A stretch of DNA of 63,229 nucleotides, counting the filler, from Bipalium vagum (lineage: Eukaryota): the NCBI GenBank assembly GCA_037834085.1. It is 3 parts of 3 records of this genome, joined end to end, with 100 filler letters (N's around TTAATTAATTAA, not from the genome) between each part and the next. Parts side by side here need not be neighbours in the genome. Positions count along the whole stretch, not along the records: positions 1 to 22,141 come from JBBMKC010226327.1; 2 more parts are not named here. One strand, written 5' to 3'. The notes under the pieces are model-generated. The model was not told where the DNA came from. It was given only the letters and a program-made list of their open reading frames with translations, and made no database searches. The position numbers and the translations under genes were made by a program. Shown piece by piece: positions 1-15,100 of this stretch; the first letter of the stretch is position 1, and each line of letters begins with the position of its first letter.

Positions 1-60
<60 letters not shown>
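1..60. repeat. (AAT)n microsatellite
   Basis: About 20 perfect ATA/AAT units at the window start. Confidence 0.95.
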
Positions 61-64
<4 letters not shown>

Positions 65-1947
65 TAAACAAATAATCAAAAAGAAAAAGATTTAAAATAA
101 TATTTAAACATTTTTTATTTTTAAAGTTTTTGCATATTTGCAGAATTAATAAATTTTAATTTCTAAACTTCTCTCTCTTTTCATCTCCGAATTTAGACGT
201 TAATGTAGTTCGGAAAGTAATATTAATAGTAATTCTCCAACACATTAATATGAAATACACATACTAAAGTAAATTGATAAAACCGATCAACAAATTAATA
301 TTCGGATTTCAAGTCATAAAATTTTTATTTTTGCCATAATATTGAAAGTTATGCCTTAATAAAACCTGTGTAAATTCATTTAAAGGGTTACGTTTTAGAG
401 AACAGATTGACTATAAATTATAAATTTATTAAATTTCCGTCAAAATAAACTGAGTTTCGTAAACTTTTATTTTCGATAATCACCTTAATTGAATTCAGAT
501 CAGCATGCAAATGAGATTATAATTTTACTAATCCGTTCGTTCTCTCTGGAAATATTCATATATCTGAATAATAATATCGAATGTTTATCGTTTCATCCTC
601 TTTCTTTTATGTCACTGATCTTTTTTCGAGCTCAACTGCGCCCCCTCCATATATTGCTTGCACAATTCATTTGTTTCTTTTGTAGACTCTTAATTAAATA
701 ATTCTGAATTCATGAAATAAAAAAATAATCATTTCTAAAATAAAAAAAACGTAAATTTTATCAGCTTGACAAAAAATCTAAAGTTTTTGTCCGTAATTTT
801 TAAAAATAATAAAATCAATTTAATTTGATAATTAATAATAAATCACTAAATTTAATGGTTTTAATTAATATTGATTTTTAACAATTAGTTTTCACTATGC
901 TTATTTTTATTTATGAAAATATTTCAGTTTTCTTTTTAATAAATTTAAGTTATAATATTGATTTTTATTATTTATATAACTCCAGTTATTTTCAAAAATA
1001 ACGTTACTTTTTATTTTTATGGATGTTTAAAAGCACTTTGCAGTACAAAATCACAAAATCATTAATTCTTGTTTGCAATAAAATAAACTGTGAAACCAAT
1101 TTCCTGAAATTTACAGTTTTATTTATTATTAATAATAAAAAAAGTTCGTTTTGTATCCACATATTTTCTCAATTTTTTATTTTTTTATTAAATCCAATAA
1201 AGATTAATAATTAATAGACCGGTTCTATTCACTTGTTTTCGTGTGATATTAGGAATTATTATTCTTTAATCTTAAAGATCTTTTATATCTCATCTATTAT
1301 ATTATACAAAAATTTAATATTTATATCTATTTTTGATCATTTTCGTTAAAATCAAATCAAATCAATAACGTTTTGTTTTTATTTTCTTAATAAATGGAAT
1401 ATGATCAAAAGGTTTTATTTTTTGTAAAATCTCTTATATTTTTTATTATAATTTAGTGTAAAAAATTTGAATTTTATCAATATTACATTATAATAATAAA
1501 ATCGATACTGCACATAAGAATTAAATTAAAATCTCTTTATTTATAAGACGAACTGAGACTGAAAACTTGAGCCATCCATCATTCTGACTAAATTCTTTGG
1601 TATAATGTTAAATTTATAAAATCTATTTGAAATATGTACTGTATTTTCTATTGATTTAACTGTTTCCAAATATATATAAATTGATATCAATAACAGTTTT
1701 TTATCTCTCATATTTTTCATGTGCTGCTTGTGTAGCATATGGCATAAATGGTCTCAAGCGGTAGGGTATTATATAAGCAAATTACCAACAAATTGTTTCT
1801 TTTAATCGATTTATTGTTTATGGCTTTAAGAAATGGTCGGTCCAAAATTGTCTCCGAGAGTGGTGGATATTGTTCTTGTTCTCTTCTAGTATGTGCATGA
1901 GGTTTGCATGTGGCCTCTTTATTATGAAGTACGAAAAAGTTCTCCTG

Positions 1948-1988
1948 AGTAGTAGTAGTAGTAGTGTAGTAGTAGTAGTAGTAGTAGT
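1948..1988. repeat. (AGT)n microsatellite with one slip
   Basis: agtagtagt... run; it produces the poly-Tyr/poly-Thr in the spurious ORF 1717..2124. Confidence 0.9.
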
Positions 1989-2090
1989 GACTCAATGCTG
2001 TGTGGTACTGGTACGCCATTGACGGCTCATATGGGCGTAAATATTTCGGGCGGAAGAGAGGCGCATGGGAATTAGTAGCCAATTCCAATA
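1988..2090 (+). promoter_or_regulatory. candidate promoter of the E-protein gene
   Basis: Locally GC-richer island with TGACTCA (1988-1994), CGCCAT (2014-2019), overlapping GGGCGG/CGGAAG (2048-2056) and two CCAAT (2079-2083, 2085-2089). Motif-only evidence. Confidence 0.3.
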
Positions 2091-5000
2091 TGTTCCTATT
2101 CATTTGCACTGGAGTGGAGTTCAATAACTGTCAGTCCACACATAAAATAAATTTAGTCATTTATGTATTACAACACCGTAATTGGGAAATAACACACGGT
2201 GGTTTTATTGCTATTTTATTATTAATATTATTTTCTCAATCTTCTTGTGATGGGTAACTAATAATAAAGCAGTTGATCTTCTTTGTTTGATATTTCGTTG
2301 TCTCTTATCACATAGATCGTTGAGCCATCGTCGCGTTCTTACCACTAGCAGAAATAACGACTCAGACAGAACAACTATGAAATATGTCGATATTATCAAT
2401 TAATTTTATCTAACGATTTTTCTATTTGCCCACTTATTTAGTATAATTGAATCCCTTCTCACTTAAGTGTCGACAATCACTTTGATTCTCAATTCTTTCT
2501 TCTTTAATCGTGAATGCGTACAATTCACTGAATAATCGATTATGAACTTGATAAAATAATTTGAGTAGCACGCTCGATTTTATTATTTTAATTGCATATT
2601 AATATTTCTTGATAATATTCCTTTGTCACCAAAAAACTCGAGAATAATCATGGTAACTGGTTACCAAACCTTAACAAAAACACGTTTTATACAATTTATT
2701 ATTTTCTACATTCATTTATTTTTCCATTTTCCAATTTCTTGACATTTTTTCTATTGAATAATTTTTTGTTGCATAACGAGGTTTTAAATCTCAAAAAATT
2801 CAGTTGTTACTTTTAAAATTGAAAATCAACAGAAATATTTTTTCTGTGACATATTTTTAAAATTACTCTTTAAAACATTTATAAAAAAAATTAATAATTA
2901 TTACCAAAAGTGATTACAAAAAATATTTATTACATTCCTTAGTTAAATTTACGCTCGAATTGCAAATATACTTCAGTGCGTGTTATAATCAAAACTTTTG
3001 AAAAGAAAACCGTCTTTATCATTATGTATAATTCTATAATATGTTTTGGAAAAGAATTCATGAATTTACCCAATCTTCTTTTCAATTGTTGGTGGTATTT
3101 CTCTTTAAAAGTACTTAACTGGTAAAGTTAGGAAATTATTTTAAAAATATAGTAAAAATTAATTTCCCCCAACATTAGTAATGTATGGGCGACTGTGAGA
3201 TATGAATATTGAATTTTTAATTGATTTTACACTTGTGAAATAATTTTCGAATTCCCAAGCATTTTTGATTATAAAATTAATATTTGACGGTCTAATAGAA
3301 TTTGGCATTATCTCTCGAAATATTAAATTGATAAAAATTTTTAAGACAGAGTGAAAATCAACATGAATTATACGGCCTTTGTTATCTTAGGAAAAATAGC
3401 TGGAAAGAGCATTGTGATATTCTGTCTCTAGATCCAGCTAAACAAGAATAAAAATGATTAAGGGTTAGCATCTTAATGAGAACGAGCTTATTTATAAATG
3501 ATTTTCACATCTTTTCAATTATTGATTTTTTTTCAGTTTATGAAGCCTAATTTTCTGAATAAAATCTTATTTCAATAGATTTTATATAATTTTTGTGTTC
3601 GTAACTCTCAGTAATTGTGAAATATTTGAAACATGGCCTTGACAATTGATTGAAAATATAAAATGGAAAAAGTTGCTTTGAAATTTCAAAAATTACTTGT
3701 ACGATTAATTTTAATAATTTTATTCTTGATTCGTTAAAATTTCTCGCACTTTCTTCATGGACGTTGTCAATTTTTGGTCTGATTTCAAATCTGAAGAGTC
3801 TATATTTGTCAGTTATTATTTCCATACACCTTTCTAGCTCTTCTCAGATACAAAATCTAGATCCTAGAAAGCTCGGGGTCAATTTAATATTCCTGTTGAC
3901 GCTAAAATATTGAAAACTTTCTTGCCAATGAAAAAAATATCCATTGAAAATTGATAGATGGATTATCACACGATCGTTAACAACGAAGGCGGGAGACTGT
4001 TCGAGCCAATATAAACATGAAATGATAGTGCTGAGGTGTCTGGGTATTGAAAAAAATCATCAGTTGAAATATGGTGGTTATTTACATTGAATTTTATCAC
4101 ACTCGATGGGACCAACTTTCTCCGTTACTTGCTGATGACAATTCGTGGTCGGAGGGAGGTACTGAGGTTCACGGGAAGCAGGCAGCCTACAGTGCGAACG
4201 TTTTGTGCTGGTGTTTGATGTTCGACTTTTGTTTTGATAATAGCAGTTTCCGCTGAATTGGTTTATCGAATATTCAGTATTCGTTGGTCACGTTTCTCTC
4301 TTCAGCACTCTGCTTTTGTTGGATTTTTAAAACTTTCACAACGTGTGGGTGTGATGTGATTTTCTTTTCAAATCTTTGTGTGATATTTTCCATTTTACAA
4401 GTCATGATGCTACTTTTCCCTCAATGCTGATAATCGTTTCGATGGGTGATAGACGTCGAACTGTCTGTGTTGATATCTGTGTAACTGTGCCCTGTTCATG
4501 CTTCCGTTGGGAAATTTATTTGCTATTTACTACATTATTCCTCATGTTTGTTTTCATATTCTCGAAAGATAAACAAAAATTGTTTGTCATACGTAAGTCT
4601 CTATCAGGCGAAATATTGTGCTTTGGTGGATTCGAATTGGAATTTTTATATTCGTTTGAAAGAAATCAGTCATTTCCAATTTATTTTGTGATTAGGAGAT
4701 AAAAAGTAAAATAATAATGGTAAAACACTTATTTTGATTCTAAACTGAAAACTTGTTGATGTTTTACCTTTTTAGCGTTTTTAATAAGGGAGAATCGCTG
4801 AAATATTAAACTATTAATTTAAAAAGCTAAAAATAATTACATTAAATTTTTAATAATATAAGTTGATTTGCTACTTGCAATGTTTTATCTTTACTTAATA
4901 TTAATTATCTTTATTGACATTTATCAGTGCACAAATTAGTCTATCTTTTCCTTTAAAAAACTATTATATTATTATTTTGAATAATATAGTCGATATTTAA

Positions 5001-5951
5001 ATAACAAATAAGAATAATAAAATATTTAAATATTAAAATAATAAATAATAATAATAATAATAATAATAACAATAAATATTTAAATAATAAAATAATAAAT
5101 AATAGTAAAAATAATAAAATAATCAATAATAGTAATAATAATAAAATATTAAAATAATAATTAAAAAAATATTTAAATAATAAAGTTTTTGAGATTAATT
5201 AATATAATTAATAATAGAAACTAATTTATAATTTTACAATTCAATTTTTTAACTTAAACGAAATTTTTCAACAAAAACTATGTTTAATATTGATATTTTC
5301 GTATTTAAATAATATTGCTTACCTTTTATCAAGTAACTCTAAGAAGATTACCGTTTATTTTTCATTGTGGCAAATAAGTCCGTTTGGTTTTTCAGAAAGA
5401 AATTAAAATGTTGCTTATGATTTTAAAAGAACAGTTTTAATGGAAATTTTAAAAACATCTATTAATATGTCATAGAATATGTTTGTGTTTATATAATCAA
5501 TTTTTATCGAATATTTAAATAAATTAATATGGAAAATATTTATGTTCATTTCAAGGAATGTTTGTTGGTGGATATAAGTTTGTCATTGTTTTTTTGTTCA
5601 TTTGAAATCTTCAAAAATTAAGATTATGATAATTTGATTATTAATAATACAATAATAATCTCTATGGTTTTTCCTTAATGTCATATTTAAACAAATTAAT
5701 TAATTATTAAAATGTTTTAAAATTATTTAATTTAAAAATTCGCTCAAGACAAAATTATTTAAAATTGTTTAAAGTTTTAATTGCTTAATCCTTACAATAT
5801 TAAAGAAGAAGGATGATAATAAATTTTCTTACCCTTCTTCATCGTATTTTTTATTTCTAATTAATCTTGTTGGGTTTGTATTTAAAAGTAAAGGCTGCAC
5901 AATATCATAAAATGTTATTATGATTTCCTTTTGAACAAGAAACCATTTCAG

Positions 5952-6123
5952 GTGTATTCCCCAAACAATGCCGATCCTAGCGAATTAATAACTTCAGATC
6001 CCGCACCCTATACAGTCTCCACCTCAATGGTCTATCGGTTACCAGGTATGAAAAACAATCAAATTCTGCCACTATCCAATGGGAACACAGATTTATATGA
6101 ACAGTCAAATTATTTTTCCTTTG
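5952..6123 (+). CDS. E2A/da: E-protein exon (VYSPNNADP...SNYFSF)
   Basis: tttcAG acceptor and G|GTAAGT donor; phase 1 fits exon 10864. May contain a 45-nt in-frame intron at 6046-6090. Confidence 0.65.
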
Positions 6124-9100
6124 GTAAGTATAATAGTGATCATTATTGATTTTATTGTTTATTTATTATTTTTATTATTATTATTCGTTTTTATTCTTAT
6201 CATTTGGAAAATTGCTTTTATTTTCGATGTGAACTAAATCTTCCGAATTTCTAACGCTGAACATCTGGATGATCATTAATAAATGTTTCTTTCTTTACAA
6301 TTCTGAATTATATTGATAATAAAGCTTTTAAACTCATAGATTTTTATTGTTTGAAGAAAGAGAGAAAAGAGACAATGAATCAGGTTCACCTAATTGCCTT
6401 AGAGGAATTAAAAACACTCATATGGTCTAATATAACATAAATTCTCACTAATGGGAAATATAAATACCTTTAACTAATTTGTTGTTATCAACTGACCAAT
6501 TCTCAGATGGTTGTTCCCATATTTTTTCTTTTATTATTTTTTCTAATTGATATTAATAAAGATATCGTTTCTCCACATTTCGTAGACCTTTAAGCCTGAG
6601 CCAAACAAGTTCGGTTATATACTTCAAGATAAAATTTCGCTTTAAATTTTTATTAGAGGAAATCGCTTTTTTGTCAACACATTTTCACAGAGATTGGCAT
6701 TCATGTTTATATATTTGTTGATTGTCATTTTTAATTTATTGTCGACTGAGAAAATTATAATAATTTATTTTATTTTGATTATTATTATTATTAATTATAT
6801 TATCTATTCATTGATTCATAACACATTTAATTTTCAAAATATAGTCGTACTTCATAAGGTTTATTTTATTATAATAATATTTGAAGATCGTCAATTATTT
6901 GGTCCGAGAAAAAAATCTTTAAAAACTGTTTTTCTTGGATTCGAAATTAATATTTTTCTGGAAATGTTGAAAGCTGAAATTTATTGATAATTTTGGAACT
7001 CTTAGGTATTGTTGTTACCGTATGTATTATGAATAAAATCATCAGATTTCACAACGAATTACTCCATATAGCAGAGAATTTTAAATATTGTGTCTACTAA
7101 GTGGTGCAAAATATAAATAAATTGAATTATTTGATTAATAAAAGGAAGTTATAATATAAAAATTTATAATGTTGTTATCATTCTTAAATTCTCAATTCCA
7201 AAATATTATAATTCCAAAATATCATTACTGTTTTAGTTTTAGTCCTAAAAATTCGTCCAGTTTGATTTAATTCTAATAATAATAATAATAATAATAATTT
7301 CAACCTTTCACATGCGCATGGACTGCTCTGACCGCTGAGCTGCATCCCAGAGTAATTTCAATTTATCTCACAGTCTTGATCAAAACCTCTGTTTTTTATT
7401 TCAAATCCTGGTTTCAATTAAATTTTTATTGCCCTTGGTGCGACTTTTTCGTTGTAGTCTTCTTGGATTATTAATAAAGCTCAGTCGGTGCTTGTCTTTA
7501 TCGTCTAACAAAGAAAATTATTTCTTATACGATTTTATTGTATTGTTTGTACTTTTAATAATATTTAGTCAGTTTTCTTTCGAAAAACACTTTAGTAACA
7601 TTTTTATAATTTAGTCCCTTAATTATCACGAATTTTACTTATTTTCTAAAGATATATTTATCAGGTAAAATGTGTTCCAAAGGTGACCGATATTAAATAT
7701 AAGAATGGTGACATCTTTTAATGAGTAATTTGCTTATGTTCGGACACTATCTCATTATCATCATTAAAACTTTCAAGGTGCTATTGTGCTTTATTCGTTA
7801 TTCTTGACATTTCTAATTACAATACTTAAGACTTTCACAAAAATTCGGTGGAACGATGAACAGTTTTCATTGATAACTCGAGAAAAAATTACATGATTAA
7901 AATTGTTTGTTGTAAAGACAGCTTGATACCAAGAATGCGTTTAAGTAGTACTTCAGATTTTTGGAATTGAAAAGAGTATTTAACTTAATCCTCACCTGGG
8001 CTCTCTTTTGAGCAAAAGTTCTGAAGAAAAGATGAAAAGTGTTTTAAAGTCTTAAAAAATCGCTCGTACTCGCGGAAAATTTGAGAAATCGAAAAATTGA
8101 CACACGTGTTATGTCTCATTTGATCACAGAGGAACCAGATTCGTTTATTTGATCGAAATAAAATTAGCGTTTGATTCAGAAAAAAAATTTATTGGAAATA
8201 GTGTAACTACTGACAAAATGCTGAGATTTCAATATGAGCCATTAAAAAATACCAAGACCGGATGGATTTTTTCAAGTGATCAAAATCAAAAAAATTGTTT
8301 GTCCCCAAGGGAAATAAATTAAGGCATTGCAAATAGTTGTCTTTTTATACCAAGAGTATCATTAACACAGAATTTGTTAAAGGACCTAAGACTGTCAATG
8401 GAGAATGTTATGTTCGTGGAAAAGAATTCAGATATGTCTTGTCGAATATCATTTTATTAAAAATGCCCCTGTACACAAATAAAAAGTAGTACCTGAATAT
8501 TCCTTTATTCACAACATTTTCCAGTGTGTTACTCCTGTAGACTTGGTGTAAGTCATGAAGCAAAACACCTATACCAACCGAGAAATTTGAAACTGAGGTT
8601 TTGGGACATTTCTAAAGAGGATTATGAAGATCGCTTGAAATATTTTATAACGAATTAAAATATAACGGATTGAAGTAGATTTATCATTTTTGAAAAACTT
8701 CTTAATTAAGTCCTTGAAGAATGCAATACTCAAGGAAAAGTTCAAAATTTTAATGAGCCCAAAAATGTCTTTAGATATTATTTTTAAAAATGTTCTTAAA
8801 TCGGAGTTGAAAATTACGAAAAATCGAATGTTTCAAAGGATTTAAAACAGGCTAAAAATATTTGTGTTATTAAAAAAGCAATGGAAATATAATCTTGATG
8901 ATTCTATGATAATAATTTCGACGAATTTTAGTCATGATATTGATCCAGAAGTGAAAATACATTTAAAACTAGTCGTTGAAACCAATCCAATGTCTGTGAA
9001 ACATTAAATTGAGTTTCAGATTTAGAAAAATATGATTTTGCCTAATGATCAGAGGAATTAAAATATATTACAAGAAATAGACCGAAATCATTTAAACATT

Positions 9101-12100
9101 TCGGTGACGGTCTTTTCATTTTGCCAATTTTACTTTTCTCTTTTCTGAAAAATTGATCGCTTTTATTGGATAATTTGTTTCTTGAACATCAGAGATTTAC
9201 CAAAGGTTTTCTCTTCAAACACATTTAAAAATGATCAATAAAATACATTTTGATCTGTCGAAGCACAACATCTCATTTTTAGCTGATTTTTAGTTTTGAC
9301 TTTAACAGAAAAGCTACAGCACTTACAAATCAATACTTCCCCAATTCTCCCTACTTTTTCTAAATCCGTTGGAGATAATACAGAACGGCCCAGTGAAATA
9401 AAATATCAAATTATACTAATACTTCTAATCTATAAGGAAAAACTTAACAAACTGAAGACACACTCAAAGTAATCGATTTAAAATAATGATTTTTTGTCCT
9501 GTTCACTAAAATAATATTTTCAGTGAATTTTGTCATTGAAATGTTGCTAGACGACATCTCGTGGAAAATACCAAATGTATTTCTTGGTGGATCCCCCGCG
9601 TCCAGTGATAATCATTATTTTGTTTCCGTCTAATTTACTTTTCAAACTGTTTGATCTGAATGATTTTCCCCATCAATTGTTTTTTTTATTTTAAAAGCTT
9701 CAATGAAAAATCTGTTTATTCTACTCAAAGTTCATGAGAATTATAAAATAAATCAAAAATGTCACTGGAATTATGAGATCATTAAATTGGGGTCGAGTTA
9801 TCTAATTACCTGTTCATTTTAATAAGATGAGTTCATCAGGTTATGTAATCAGAAAAATGAAATCCTTGAGAAGCAAACATTTTTGCCACTGATGATCATT
9901 TTGAAAGAGGCCAAATTATTCAAGAAAAATAGTTTTATTGATAAATGGATATGTAGATCAATTCCTGTTACGACGAACTGTGTAGAAATATTTTAGTAAC
10001 ATCTGTGAATGTTGAAATAAAAGGGTCCCTAGTTTTTCTTGATATAGAGCAATATATATATAGATTTAAAAAATAGAATTCTTGAAATTTCTTTAGGTCT
10101 CCTACTTAGAAATCATTACAGACAATAAATTCATCGAGAAAATTTATCTGTTTTTCCAATGAAAATCTGAAGAATATTTAATTAAACTTGACAATGTTTG
10201 TCATTAGGAAGAAATATTTCCACAGAGGTTCTAAAACAATTTATGAAGAAGTTTTAGCCATGTGTAACGCAGTAAAAAAACGTTGTTTGTTATTGGGATT
10301 GATAATTTGTTCACATTTATATATTTAATGGATAAAAGTCCGAACATTACAAAATCGATAGTTTTAATAAAAATCCATCAAAACATTGTTATTCTTTACT
10401 TATCTTTCGTAATCTTGTACCATACCTGTTAACTTTATAAGGGTCATCTAAAGTTCAAGGGTATGTATTTTCATAGTTTTAATAGGCAAACAAATTTGAC
10501 AACCAATGATTTACCTTTCTATCGTTACATCATAGAACCTACCGACCAGAATCAACTGATTATATGTGATAATGAATGCATCAAATAATGGTAACGGAAG
10601 CAGTAATGATAGTTTGGCATTACATGTCTGACAACAAGACAGGTGCACACATCGACCCCAATGCTTGCGATGCTTCAGCGATTTTTGATTGATCGGTTTA
10701 ATAATATGCTCGATAATAATAACAAATAAATTTTAAATTCACTTCATCTTTTTTGACAGTTTTGAAAAGGTACCAAATTTTTTTATCGAATAATTATTTC
10801 AATCATTTTAAAAGAAATCAAATCATTTGGAATTTTTATTGGACTTTTCCTTGTTTTTTGTAGAATCTCGACCGGACATGTGGAATACGCAATATAACTA
10901 TGGTCATTCTCAAGCTACCACTGATGCTTTTGTATGATTTTTTAAATAATTTTTTCCATTATTTGCACTGTTGATTATTGATTTAATAATAATATTTTTT
11001 TAAAAAAATATTCATTTTTATTTTAAATTATCAAGTAATTTTCAACAGTCATCATGTGAGACATGTTTTGTTATGAAAAGATCACTTATTCCTATTTGCC
11101 AAGAGGTTGTCAATTTAGTAACAGCTGTATAAGTTTTGAGACAAATTTCATTAAGTGTCTGCAACTTTATTTTTCTGCGAGTTTTGAATGGCCACTTCGT
11201 TTTGGAAACTTTCATTTAACTGTGATTGACTGTAACAACAATATTATTTTATTATTAAGACAAACTCATTGATACTTTGGTTGACATGTCTCTTTCCGCG
11301 AATGATTTTAATGATACATTATTTGAAAATGTCAGAAACACATCAGAAAAGAATTTGTGAATTACTTTCACATTTTTAAAATTAATTTTATCAATACTAA
11401 TATATATTATCTCTGAGACATTGATTTTTTACGATTAAAACAAAAAAGATTTCAAGAAATTATTGATTGTCGGGAATCCGGAGTAATTTATTCTCAACTA
11501 GAAGTTTAATTGATTTTTTATTATTTCTATTTATTATTAAATTATCATTAATTTATCCATATAAATCTATTATTATTATTATTGTTAATTTTATTAATAA
11601 TAATTATTATCATTTTTATTAATTTTCATTATTATTATAATTACTTATTATTTTTTATGTTTATTGTTATTATTATTTATTATTAGTATTATTAGTATTA
11701 TTTCTGAATCAAAAGTAACCGGAACAATGATAGATAATACTCACTTACGTAAATATTTATGTGTCCGTAGCCAATTTTACATTTCGATGAGAAAAAAATA
11801 CTAAAAAAACTTAATTGTTCACCAATGAAGCCCAAGCGAATTATTAAGTAATAAAAATCTTATTTTATTGCCCTGATAAATTTCAACTGTTTCACAAAAG
11901 CGATTGAGAAAACTAAAAATTCTGTTCTGCACCACATTCGAACAGATTATTTCTCTTTGATAATTAATTTGAAAATTGAAAATTGTTTTTAACTATTTTA
12001 TTTATGAGCAATTAAATTTATTTCAAGAGGAAAAATCAATTCCCTTAATACGAATGAAAATGTTGAAAATTATTGTTTGAGACATTTCTTGAAAATCATT

Positions 12101-15100
12101 TCTGGTTTTTCGTGGCGGTGATGGGTTGCGAATATATCATTTTGGCCAGTGAAAAATGTTCGTTTACCATTATAATTTTTATGCTCGTTTAATACTTTCC
12201 CCAATATCTTTGCCACCATGATTGTGTTTTTTTTTTTAAAAAAATTTGTTACTGCTGGACTACTTTAATGGTGTCAGTTCAAGTCGGAACGTTTTCGTGC
12301 CCGATTAACGATATCATTTTACGAAAACCGTTAAATTCTCTCACTTCGATATTTCGGTGTTTGGCAGACAATTTTCTTAATAATGCTCTTCTGACAAGAT
12401 TTTATTTCCCTTGTAACTGTTTATCATCGCTCGACACTGTCGGTAATTCTATTTTCGTTTTTTCTTGTTTGTTTTGGTCATTTACGCTTTTCAAATCATT
12501 GATTTCACTTTCTGTTTTATAGTTGATGAGAAATTTCTATTCACAGAATCTTTACATGTGTCCCAATAATGCCCCAGTCGGGGACTACAGATCGGCATAT
12601 TCTTCAAATACTTTGCTCAATAGTATGTATTTCTTTTTCATTGACTCTAACTTATGCCAATATTTTCTGAAACAGACCCTTCCGGGTACATACCAACAGA
12701 TTATTATCAGCAACAAAAACCAAGTGCCAGCGACCCTGTTGTAACTTGTGCAGCATCATTAGTCAGTAATTGTTCGAATGGTATGGGGTCAGGGTTTGAG
12801 GCGTCTATTACCAATCTCAGTCAACATATGGATTCTACGTTACAGAACACAATTCATATGATAAAAAATCAAATGGACGCCGGAGTGGAAGCCCTTTATG
12901 ACATTGCCGGTGCTAATAGTCTAGATTCAATGAGAGTCACTTACACCGATTTATCAGGACTTTCTTCGGGTAACAATTTGTTGTCATCTGCTAGTCAAAT
13001 GTTCCCCGGAGAAACAGATATGTCCAATCTTTCATCGACACCTGGAATGAATTCCAATGTATGTAAAGGTACACTGACTCAGACTATGCCTCTTGATCCC
13101 AGTCTTGCTGCAGCCAATACATCGTTACTCAGTGATCATTCATCGTCGGCTAATTCTGGATCCTGTAATATTCGATATATTATTTATTGTTGGATTAATT
13201 TACCATTGTTGATCTAGCTAATGGTAAATCTGGATCTTCTCAGAAAACTTCTACTAATCGGGCTTTTAATCAAGTTTTCGGTTTGCAAATGACCAATAAT
13301 ATCAACAACAGCAAGTCTCAGAGCAACCCTCAAGCTGCAATCAATGTGCAACCTCCTAAAAGAAGAGCAGACAATAATACAGACAGTATTTGTGATGATT
13401 CAGAAGGCACTATTGATCCTGACGAAACTCCTGAACAGAAACATCTGCGGGAAAAATCTCGAAGACAAGCAAATAACGCAAGGGAAAGGTAGCTTTCACG
13501 TTTATTATCGAATTTTGAGAGTTTTACAATTATTGATTAGAAATGATTAATAATAATAATAAATAAATAAAATAATAATAAATGTAAGATTCTCAGAAAA
13601 AACTCGGAATTATGTAGAGAATCGATTGAAAAAAAATCTGATGCTCCGTTTGGATCTTGGTTCTAATGACACTTCTCATCTATTAAAAATTCTCTCTAAA
13701 AATGTGTAATTTTGCGATATAAGATCATAGTTATGAATAGTTTCCCTTTGATATTTACGGAGACCTTTTATCGATCTCTCAAGTCACACAGAAATCAAAT
13801 CAAATTGATTTGTTACCAAAAAATTGATGCCAAACGGACAATTTAACAAGAAAAAATTGTCATCTTTTTGTTGTCGTTGGTCTGAGAAATTATTGGTTTT
13901 TTATATTTTAAAATAAGAAAATTAATCCCAAAATAATGTCAAGTCTCGACTCGATATTCCTATAAATCAATTAAAGCGAAGCTGTAAAATTTGGATATTT
14001 TCATTTTATTTCGTTTATTTATTTTCCGGTAATTCTGAAACCACGAGAGATGATGACAAAACCTGTCAAAAGGTTTTAATTGGAAATATCGATTTTATAG
14101 TGCTCTTCACCCATGATTGATTTTCTGTCAATTATTAAAATATTTGGAAAAATCAATAGAAGCAGCATAGCGTGCAAAGTGTCTAAACTAGATTTTTCTC
14201 CTAATTATTGCCCCATTTGAGAACAGTTTTTTATTATTTGATAATTGACGGTGAAAGTTATTGATTTTATGAAAGTTTTTTAAAGAGAAAAATACAGAAT
14301 GAGATTCGACCAGTGCCCAACTCCGTCATGTTTAAATAGTTTTTCTACTTTCCATTCAAATTCTCACAAGTTCTCAGTTACTTAGGGATACAATAAAAAC
14401 CACAATAATCAACTAAATCATATGAACTCCAAAACGCTGTCAGTTATTTTAGCAATCGAAATATACAACGTTTTGAAATGATTAATTATTTTCAATTAAA
14501 AAATAAACGCGAAAAAATATTGACTTTTCTTAAAATTAATTATGCGCTCATCTTATAACACCACTCTGTAGTCAAAATCTCAATTTCAAACTTCTTGTAT
14601 TGTGGACAACCACATCTCTCCGTAAATAATTTCGGATTTCTTGTGGCAGAGTAAAAAAATACTTCAGATTTAAGTTTTTTTCCAAATCAGTGAAATATTT
14701 CTGACAAATCCCCAAACAGTTGTCTTGACTTGACCCCAAATATCGGGAAAATGATAATCGATAATATTGTGACTTATTTTCTCAAATTCCCAACAAGAGC
14801 GTGTCCAGTTTGAAATTGATAACAAAGTTTGAAAATCCCTCTTTAATTTGCCATATATAAACAAAAATTCCAAAGGAAACTTATTGGTTAATTTTAATTT
14901 GAAATTTCATACAGAAAATTCCCAATTTCAAACTGGACAAAGCGGTTCATAACAATGATTGTTTTGTGTCTCTTCCTACTGTTAAAATATCATTTTAAAA
15001 GGTTTTAGAGAACTCTCGATAACTGCTGAGGTTTTGAAAAACATTTTTTTAATGATAAAATCTATAAAGTCATCCGTAGTTGAGTAATTTTAGGGTCCCA

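Noticed and set aside
1717-2124. 135-aa minus-strand ORF with poly-Tyr/poly-Thr
   Set aside because: Produced by the (AGT)n microsatellite; no recognisable domain.
8720-10050. possible hAT-like relic ([10 protein letters not shown] near 9960-9990)
   Set aside because: Only one short motif; too decayed to support a call.
10572-10645. possible internal first exons MNASNN-G|GT or MSDNKT-G|GT in phase with exon 10864
   Set aside because: Short ATG-to-GT matches arise easily by chance; no independent promoter evidence.
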